From a virus (taxonomy: Duplodnaviria; Caudoviricetes): 64,000 nt of DNA. A program made the translations under genes and the position numbers. The notes under the pieces are model-generated. The model worked only from the letters and a program-made list of their open reading frames with translations. It was not told the origin of the DNA and did no database searches. Of the stretch, positions 57,143 through 64,000 are shown one piece after another (position 1 is the stretch's first letter; each line of letters begins with the position of its first letter). The DNA lies in the IMG/VR virus record IMGVR_UViG_3300031867_000009, positions 71,307 to 135,306 of that record. One strand, given 5' to 3'.

Positions 57143-57410
57143 CTTTCCTCCTTATTCGTTCTGCAAAATCATTATTATTATAAGCTGTAGTCCAATTACA
57201 ATTCCAAACATTACACTTTCTAAAAATCCGTTCATTTGTCTTTTTCTACTCCTATTTCCTTTAACAAATCTTTATCTTTATAGATATTCGCTAACATATG
57301 TATACCGTCAACAAATCCCCGGTTATACCCGCGCGTAAATCCGTCAGTATAGGATTCGTTTAATTCGTAAAGCAAAATTTTATCATCATCGTTCATATAA
57401 TTATCCTCCG

Positions 57411-57725
57411 CTATTTAATCGACTCACATGTTGCCCATGATTCATCTATATACATTGCATCTGCACTTTTACCCATTGGTTTCGATTCAACTACATCGGT
57501 TGTTAATTCATTCAACTCTACATATTTGTTTAAATACCATATGGCTTTTTTTATATCTTCCACCCCATTTTTAAATCTATGTCTATAGATATATTTAAAT
57601 GCATTGCAGATACAAAAGTTTTTAACTGCGTTAATGCCTTGCGTTTCGACCATAACATCAATTGATTCGTATTTTCCTGTGTTGTAGTGCACCGGGTGAT
57701 TTACATTATCATATTCCATTACCAT
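57411..57725 (-). CDS. DUF3310 family protein
   Basis: DNVNHPVHY..GKYESID...FC..NAFKY..R...KNGVEDIKKA.WYL. Confidence 0.9.
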   Translation of the reverse strand: MVMEYDNVNHPVHYNTGKYESIDVMVETQGINAVKNFCICNAFKYIYRHRFKNGVEDIKKAIWYLNKYVELNELTTDVVESKPMGKSADAMYIDESWATCESIK

Positions 57726-57901
57726 ATCCTCCTATCTAAGTAAATCAAAAAGTATAAGCACCGGCGCGATTATACATAGAACATAACCAAAAACCGCTGC
57801 ATAGAAAAATAAAGGGTTTAAAAAGGTTAATGCTGCGCCAATACTTAAACTTATTAATCCAACTAACAATAATATTATACCTATTATATCTAAATTATCC
57901 A

Positions 57902-58114
57902 TTAATTCTCCTTTAATAATTCATCATACATTAAATCTAATATTAATGTTATGGCTTCATTGGTGTAATTTTCAATTTCATAGTAGTCAATGGTTTTACG
58001 ACAAACGCGTTTATTTGAACTAGTATACATTGTAAATTCGATATTAGTGTCATACCATGAAATGGTTAATTCAACTTCACTTCCATGGGTTAATATCCAT
58101 TGTACTATTTCCAT
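57902..58114 (-). CDS. Hypothetical protein
   Basis: GGAGGAAG RBS and divergent promoter. Confidence 0.65.
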   Translation of the reverse strand: MEIVQWILTHGSEVELTISWYDTNIEFTMYTSSNKRVCRKTIDYYEIENYTNEAITLILDLMYDELLKEN

Positions 58115-58257
58115 TCAACTTCCTCCATTTAAGTTTAACCTTTTATATTTTAATTATAACCTATTTACGCAAAAAATTCAAATTTCACCCTTCATGCTCA
58201 CGAAATTTGACTTCTGCGCGAACCTGTGATATACTTGAAATGTAGGAGGAAACGTAA

Positions 58258-59574
58258 ATGGCAAAACAAAGACTTAAACTGAACTTTGAATTGGAAACCG
58301 CATATGAGCGCGCCCAGTTCATTGAGACTTATATAGTACAGTTTCCCGATTTGACTAGTGCCGAAGCCTCCACTATTGCGGACTATTTGTTATGGGGTAA
58401 GGATGAACAGGGAGTTCCGATTGGAAAAGGAACAGGACTTGAAACGAAATGGACGAAGCCGAACGAAGCAGAATCGTTAGATGCGGTCCTGGAAAATCCT
58501 GCCCTATCCAATGCGCAATTGTATACGCTAAACGATGCGGTTGTACTTAAGAAAGGCCGCGACGTTTTTAACAGAGACGAGGCGCGCAAAGAAGCACCAG
58601 AGTTTCTGCGCCAAACCTTCGAAGATTTATGGAAGACGATAGATGAGATTGAATTGGAAATTAACTTCTACGAGGAAGCAACAGGAAAAAGAGACAAACC
58701 ACCAAGAGACGAACTAATTAAACGATTTAACAATGAAGAGATTGAACGTATACGTGCGCGAAGCCAAAAATTGAATCCATATGGGTATTTGAAGTTGCGC
58801 GGCCGCATAAGAGAGTTGAGAACGGAACAATTTACCATTCGAGACTCTTATAGGTCGACTTTCAATATAACCCAGTCTGTATATAGTCCGAAAGATAGAA
58901 GTTTTGTTTTCGATTGCGACGTTGAGGTGCTGCCGCTGGGCTTGAAGGAAGGAAAGATTGGGGACGTAGTTTTTGACCCAAACTTTGACCCCGCCGCACT
59001 CGACGAAGAACAACTACGTTTAATTAGTGGATTGGTTTGGAGAAAGAAAAGTTATTTGGGAGATAACGTATTTGATTTTAGAGATTTAGATGCGGTTTAT
59101 CAGCTTTACTTATTTAGAGAAGAATTTGACGATAGACTAGAACAAGTTAAGTATGACCATGTGGTAGAGAACAACTTGGAAAAGCTGCTTGATACTTTAA
59201 AGTTCTACGAAGAAATTGCCGACCTGACCGACGTGCAACGTGAGATACTGCGTCTAAAAGAAAAGAAAGAGAAAAACGCAGATATAGCGGGGTATATAAA
59301 TAAGAAATACGGAAAAAGCTATACCGCTAATTATATAAGTACTATATTCAAACAAAAAATTATTGTTAAAATAAATGAAGCGGTGAAATTACACCAAGAC
59401 ACAATTGAAAATTGTTTCTTTCCAGAGAACTTTAAACGATGTATTGATTGTGGTAGAATTTTACTTCTCGATGGAAGAAACTGGGTTAAGAAAACTAGAA
59501 GTAAAGATGGCTTCCAGAACAAATGTAAAAGATGTGAACGCGAAATGAGAAAAAAGAAGAAGGGGGACATCTAG
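58258..59574 (+). CDS. Putative DNA-binding protein (C-terminal HTH plus Zn finger)
   Basis: LTDVQREIL.L......NADIA..I helix-turn-helix and CIDCG...CKRC; first gene of the packaging operon. Confidence 0.7.
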   Translation: MAKQRLKLNFELETAYERAQFIETYIVQFPDLTSAEASTIADYLLWGKDEQGVPIGKGTGLETKWTKPNEAESLDAVLENPALSNAQLYTLNDAVVLKKGRDVFNRDEARKEAPEFLRQTFEDLWKTIDEIELEINFYEEATGKRDKPPRDELIKRFNNEEIERIRARSQKLNPYGYLKLRGRIRELRTEQFTIRDSYRSTFNITQSVYSPKDRSFVFDCDVEVLPLGLKEGKIGDVVFDPNFDPAALDEEQLRLISGLVWRKKSYLGDNVFDFRDLDAVYQLYLFREEFDDRLEQVKYDHVVENNLEKLLDTLKFYEEIADLTDVQREILRLKEKKEKNADIAGYINKKYGKSYTANYISTIFKQKIIVKINEAVKLHQDTIENCFFPENFKRCIDCGRILLLDGRNWVKKTRSKDGFQNKCKRCEREMRKKKKGDI

Positions 59575-59576
59575 AA

Positions 59577-59861
59577 GTGAAAAGTAAGAATAGTCCGGAA
59601 AACTTAATTATGAAGGTTCTAGAGTTAGACCCAATTGAGTTTTTAGGAATTTGTAAAATTTGTGGTGTGGACGTATACGAAGACGTAGAGTGCGGCCAAG
59701 CGAACGAAGACACGAACGCGACGCAAGAGACATCGCACCCGCGCGAGTTTACGGATATCTGGTCGGATTTATGTGATACAATTGAGTCAATGAACCGAGT
59801 CAGAAGACGCAACTTGGGACGTCTTATATATGCTGCTACTAAAAAGGAAAAGGAGAAATAG
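59577..59861 (+). CDS. Hypothetical protein
   Basis: GTG start; fits between its neighbours. Confidence 0.65.
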   Translation: MKSKNSPENLIMKVLELDPIEFLGICKICGVDVYEDVECGQANEDTNATQETSHPREFTDIWSDLCDTIESMNRVRRRNLGRLIYAATKKEKEK

Positions 59862-59863
59862 AT

Positions 59864-60847
59864 ATGGCTTTAAATCCGCATTTTGATATAGATTTTAGCT
59901 CAAAGAAATGCGTGTGTTGCGGCCAGATGAAGGATTCTTTTTCTTATTTGAGAACCAAGTCGTTCATGTATCCGACTGGATATGTGGATGTATGTATTGA
60001 CTGTCTAGGGGATAGATTGGAGAAATCGGATTTTGATTGGAATGTGATGGATAAGATTTGTCAGTATCTGGACATTCCTTTTGAATTGGACAAGTTTGAA
60101 GAGCTACGTCAGACGCACTCTGCGGCCGACCTATTAAAAGCCTATAACTTGATTTATTTCTCTGATGAATATGATGAGTTGGATTGGTCTTCTTACCAAG
60201 AGGCGTATCGCGAACTCAATGCGGCCGGCGCACTCGACGAGGTCGTCCCTGGACTCACAGATGAAAAACGTAGGAAGCTACAAGAGAAATGGGGCTATAA
60301 TTATGATGAGGAAGCATTACACTACTTAGAAAATCTCTATGATGGTTTATTGCTTACTCAAAATATCAATGGCGCACTACAAGGCGACCAAGCTCTGAAA
60401 ATCTGTAAAATTTCCTATGAGATAGATTGTAGAATTAGAGAGGGTGCAGATTTTGATAAGTTGCTTGCTTCATATGACAAGCTAGTTAAAACTGGTGAGT
60501 TTACTCCAAAGAACGTAAAGAATGCAAGCGACTTTGAATCAATGGGTGAACTGTGTAGATGGCTGGAGAAGCGCGGCTTTGTAAATAGGTTTTATGATGG
60601 TGAGACGCGTGATGTCGTGGACGAAACCATAAAGAACATACAGAGTTGGAATCAACGCCTCTATACAAACGAATCTGGTATTGGCGACGAAATAACTCAA
60701 CGTATTCGTGCGTTGAAGACTGCGGCTGAGCTTGAGTCATACTATGACCTAAGCGATAAAGAAGATGACTATGATAACTATGAGAATGAAGGATTCGAGC
60801 AGTTATTTAAGGATGATGAGTTCGAAGCTGAGTTGGAGGACAAGTAA
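59864..60847 (+). CDS. Zn-finger protein upstream of terL (candidate terminase small subunit)
   Basis: CVCCG...CIDC; stop overlaps the terL start; function inferred from position. Confidence 0.6.
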   Translation: MALNPHFDIDFSSKKCVCCGQMKDSFSYLRTKSFMYPTGYVDVCIDCLGDRLEKSDFDWNVMDKICQYLDIPFELDKFEELRQTHSAADLLKAYNLIYFSDEYDELDWSSYQEAYRELNAAGALDEVVPGLTDEKRRKLQEKWGYNYDEEALHYLENLYDGLLLTQNINGALQGDQALKICKISYEIDCRIREGADFDKLLASYDKLVKTGEFTPKNVKNASDFESMGELCRWLEKRGFVNRFYDGETRDVVDETIKNIQSWNQRLYTNESGIGDEITQRIRALKTAAELESYYDLSDKEDDYDNYENEGFEQLFKDDEFEAELEDK

Positions 60848-62661
60848 TGCAGGAGAAACGAAAAAAAGTTATTCTGTCTACTCGTCAAGAACTCACACCA
60901 AACACCGACTTTATCGAACGTGCAGAGCGCGAGGGGATAGAATTAGAGAAAGGCGCAGTTATTACTTCAGAATATTTGGATAGGCATTACGATGAACTTT
61001 GTAATTGGGTTAATCTATTTACTGCCTATCCAGATTACTATCTGGATATAATTAAACCAGCCGATTCAGAATTTAGTTTGTTTTTCTACCAACGCTTCAC
61101 ACTGCGCGCGTTGATGCGTTTTAAGGACGTATTCATTACTGCGCCCCGTGCGTTTTCAAAATCGTTCATAACTATCTTAGCTCTTTTCTTACAATGCGTG
61201 TTTATACCCGGCCGCAAAGTGTTCATGACAGCGAACACCAAACAACAGGCCGCGCAGATTACAAAAGAAAAGATTTATGAGATTTATGACCATTGGCCTT
61301 TACTTAAAAAGGAGATAATTGGGTGGGAGTTAAACGACTATCCAGGAAACTTTGGTAAGGACTACGTGACGCTCAAGTTCAGAAACGGTTCCATATTTGA
61401 CGTCGTGCTCGCCGGAGATGCGGCGCGTGGAGGGCGCCGGCATGGCGGTATGATAGATGAGATTAGAGACGGCGATGAAGAGATGATTAACTCAGTAGTA
61501 ATCCCGCTCGTAAACGTATCTCGTCGTTTACCAAACAATACAGTTAATGACAATGAGCCAAACCAGCAAATTATCGCAACCACATCTGCGGGTAGTAAAA
61601 CCTCATTTGCTTATGAGCGTCTTATAGATACTTTTGAAAACGCAATTATCGACCCGCTGCACGCCTTTATGTTTGGCTGCGATTGGCGTCTACCAGCTAT
61701 GCATGGACTTATTGATAAACAGTATATCAATAAGTTGAAAATGAGTCCATCTTACAACGCCGAATCATTCGCAACTGAATATTTAAGTCTTTGGCAAGGG
61801 TCAAGTGAGGAAGCTTGGTTCTCATATGAGAAACTAACTAAATATCGAAAGATTAAGAATCCAGAAATGCACGCAATTAATAGACCGGATTCTGAACAAT
61901 TCTACTTAATATCAGTGGACGTAGGTCGAATTTCCGACCAGACCGCAGTCTGTGTATTTAGAGTTAATGTGGTGAAGCAGAAGTTTTATAGCACATTAGT
62001 TAACCTAATTGTGCTAGGTCGAACTCCGCAGACAAAACCATTTACTGTCCAAGCAACTGATTTGAAAAAAATAATGGCTCGTTACAATCCGCGCGAGGTC
62101 GTTATAGATACGAACGGATTGGGTGTCGGCTTAGCCGATGAAATGATTAAGCCACAATATGATGAGATGGGCAACATCTTACCAGCTTATGGCTTTATCA
62201 ATGACGATGTCTATAAAGCAATTCAGCCAAAGGATGCGCCAAAGATACTCTATGGTATCAAGGCAAATGGACCACTTAACTCAAAAATTCACGGCAACTG
62301 CTACTCAAGACTTACTGGTGGTCTTGTACGTTTTCTTATAAAGGAACAAGAAGCAAAGAGTGCTTTGCTTGCAACGAAAGTCGGTCAGAGAATGACCGTT
62401 GAGCAACGTGTGGTACGTTTGATGCCACATGAGATGACAACTAAGTTATTTGAAGAAATGGCTAATCTTCGTCTTAAACGCACTGGCGCGAGCCTTGATA
62501 TTGTTCTTGAACGAATTAATACGAGATTCCCTAAGGATAAGTATTCATCTTTCTCCTATGGACTCTGGCGTATTAAGGAACTTGAAGAAGAACATTATAA
62601 GCGAGGCCACCGCAGGCGCGCAGCGGGTCGACAATTAGTATTCTTCTCAGGAGGAAGATAA
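60847..62661 (+). CDS. terL: Terminase large subunit
   Basis: FFYQR, Walker A APRAFSKS, Walker B MIDE, TTSAG, nuclease SVDVG...D and KDKYS. Confidence 0.92.
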   Translation: MQEKRKKVILSTRQELTPNTDFIERAEREGIELEKGAVITSEYLDRHYDELCNWVNLFTAYPDYYLDIIKPADSEFSLFFYQRFTLRALMRFKDVFITAPRAFSKSFITILALFLQCVFIPGRKVFMTANTKQQAAQITKEKIYEIYDHWPLLKKEIIGWELNDYPGNFGKDYVTLKFRNGSIFDVVLAGDAARGGRRHGGMIDEIRDGDEEMINSVVIPLVNVSRRLPNNTVNDNEPNQQIIATTSAGSKTSFAYERLIDTFENAIIDPLHAFMFGCDWRLPAMHGLIDKQYINKLKMSPSYNAESFATEYLSLWQGSSEEAWFSYEKLTKYRKIKNPEMHAINRPDSEQFYLISVDVGRISDQTAVCVFRVNVVKQKFYSTLVNLIVLGRTPQTKPFTVQATDLKKIMARYNPREVVIDTNGLGVGLADEMIKPQYDEMGNILPAYGFINDDVYKAIQPKDAPKILYGIKANGPLNSKIHGNCYSRLTGGLVRFLIKEQEAKSALLATKVGQRMTVEQRVVRLMPHEMTTKLFEEMANLRLKRTGASLDIVLERINTRFPKDKYSSFSYGLWRIKELEEEHYKRGHRRRAAGRQLVFFSGGR

Positions 62662-64000
62662 TGGATGAACAAAAAAGAGATTTGACCTCTTTTACTACGG
62701 CTATATCAAAAATGATAGCAAAAAATGAATCATCCTATAATTTGACACGTTACGGAAGAAACAGACACGAAAGGGTTAAAGAGTACACATTGGAAGAAAT
62801 AAAAAATATTATTGATTCTGGTTCTGTTGATGCTCAAATTATTCTTTCTCGTAACTATTTTGAGAGGGGCGGTTTCTATTGGAGACTGCTAATGCATTAT
62901 GCAACTTTATTGAAATATACAGGCTTACTAATTCCTAATCCAAGTTTTGGTAAAAATCTCTCCGAATCGTATATTACAAAGAAGTATCATAGTGCCGTTA
63001 GCTTTGTCGACAAAGCAAACCTACCTGATTTATTTACCCACATAGGAACTAAAGTCCTGCGCGATGGAAGTTATTATGGGGTGATTCAAGAGGTGACAGA
63101 CAAGTCAATTTCTATATTAGATTTACCTATTTTTTATTGTCGTTCACGCTTTAAGGATAAAGAAGGTAATGATATAATTGAATTTAATGTTACATATTTT
63201 GACACTATACGCGACGGAGAATACCGGAAGAAAGCACTTGCGGCCTATCCAAAAGATGTTGTCAACTGGTATAAACGCTATAAAGCGAGAAAAGTCAAAA
63301 GTCCATGGTGTTATATTTCTACTAGTGTAGGGATTTGTATGTCATTGATTGACGAAAGGCCAGTATTTTTAAATATTATTACTGCTGAGTTAGAATATGA
63401 AGATGCAAAGGATATAAATAAGGAAAGAGACCTTGAAGAAATAAGAAAGATTCTTGTTCAACATATTCCGCATTTAACTGATGGCGGATTATTGTTTGAA
63501 CCTGAAGAAGCGGTTGAAATGCATAAAGGTGCTGTTGATATGATGAAGAAGAATGAAAACCTCAGCGTATTAACAACCTATGCGGATGTCGATGCAATTG
63601 TATCGAAAACTGCGAATGATAATTCACTTAATTCTGTTGATAAGGCTCTTACGAATATTTATGCCGAGGCTGGCTCAAGTAGTCAACTCTTTGGCACAGA
63701 TTCTAACTTATCGTTAGCTACTTCAATTACTAACGATATGGCTTTAATGATGGTGCTTGCGCGCAAGCTTGAAAATTTTGTGACTTCAATTTTAAATGAG
63801 AAGTATGGTAATACGAATATTACTTTTACTTACAAAATTTTACCAGTATCGTTTTATAATCAGAAAGAGTATGTAGAGGAAACTCTTAAGCTTGCAAACT
63901 CTGGCTATAGTTTCTTACTGCCGGCTCTTGCTATGGATTTATCACAGCGTGAATTAAGCAGTATAAAAGACCTTGAAAACGATGTATTGAAGTTAAAAGA
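62661..64000 (+). CDS. Portal protein (3'-truncated)
   Basis: Open frame MDEQKRDL... running off the window, directly coupled to terL. Confidence 0.75.
   Translation, partial: MDEQKRDLTSFTTAISKMIAKNESSYNLTRYGRNRHERVKEYTLEEIKNIIDSGSVDAQIILSRNYFERGGFYWRLLMHYATLLKYTGLLIPNPSFGKNLSESYITKKYHSAVSFVDKANLPDLFTHIGTKVLRDGSYYGVIQEVTDKSISILDLPIFYCRSRFKDKEGNDIIEFNVTYFDTIRDGEYRKKALAAYPKDVVNWYKRYKARKVKSPWCYISTSVGICMSLIDERPVFLNIITAELEYEDAKDINKERDLEEIRKILVQHIPHLTDGGLLFEPEEAVEMHKGAVDMMKKNENLSVLTTYADVDAIVSKTANDNSLNSVDKALTNIYAEAGSSSQLFGTDSNLSLATSITNDMALMMVLARKLENFVTSILNEKYGNTNITFTYKILPVSFYNQKEYVEETLKLANSGYSFLLPALAMDLSQRELSSIKDLENDVLKLK

Noticed and set aside
1-64000. Stop-codon reassignment
   Set aside because: Genes read intact in the standard code with TAA, TAG and TGA all used as stops, and no suppressor tRNA is present.

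Overview
This window is 64 kb of a large, AT-rich tailed dsDNA phage genome. Sigma-A promoters, AGAAAGGAG ribosome-binding sites and Clostridia-type operator motifs point to a Bacillota host, probably Clostridia. Layout: (1) 1-13.6 kb, + strand: distal tail, fibre and adhesin genes, two BspA-type LRR proteins, a holin and two cell-wall hydrolases. (2) 13.7-16.1 kb, - strand: small ORFs. (3) 16.3-33.2 kb: an RNA-rich island with an ATP-dependent DNA ligase, a UraA uracil permease, three free-standing endonucleases, 29 CCA-ending tRNAs covering all 20 amino acids, GOLLD-like and ROOL-like large ncRNAs, at least one unassigned large structured RNA, and several tRNA-like elements without a normal anticodon loop. 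(4) 33.4-43.6 kb, + strand: small hypothetical genes. (5) 43.6-57.2 kb: a repeat-rich non-coding switch region, then a - strand array of promoter-ORF-terminator cassettes whose spacers are packed with LexA-type, Rex-type and other operator-like palindromes. (6) 58.2-64 kb: packaging module (terminase large subunit, partial portal). Best candidates for undescribed systems: a codon-sampling leader peptide with an antiterminator/terminator switch gating the tRNA array (26299-26483); the multi-regulator host-operator array (45.6-56.8 kb); and a tRNA-like domain inserted in the ROOL-like RNA. All family assignments come from motif recognition by eye; no searches were run.
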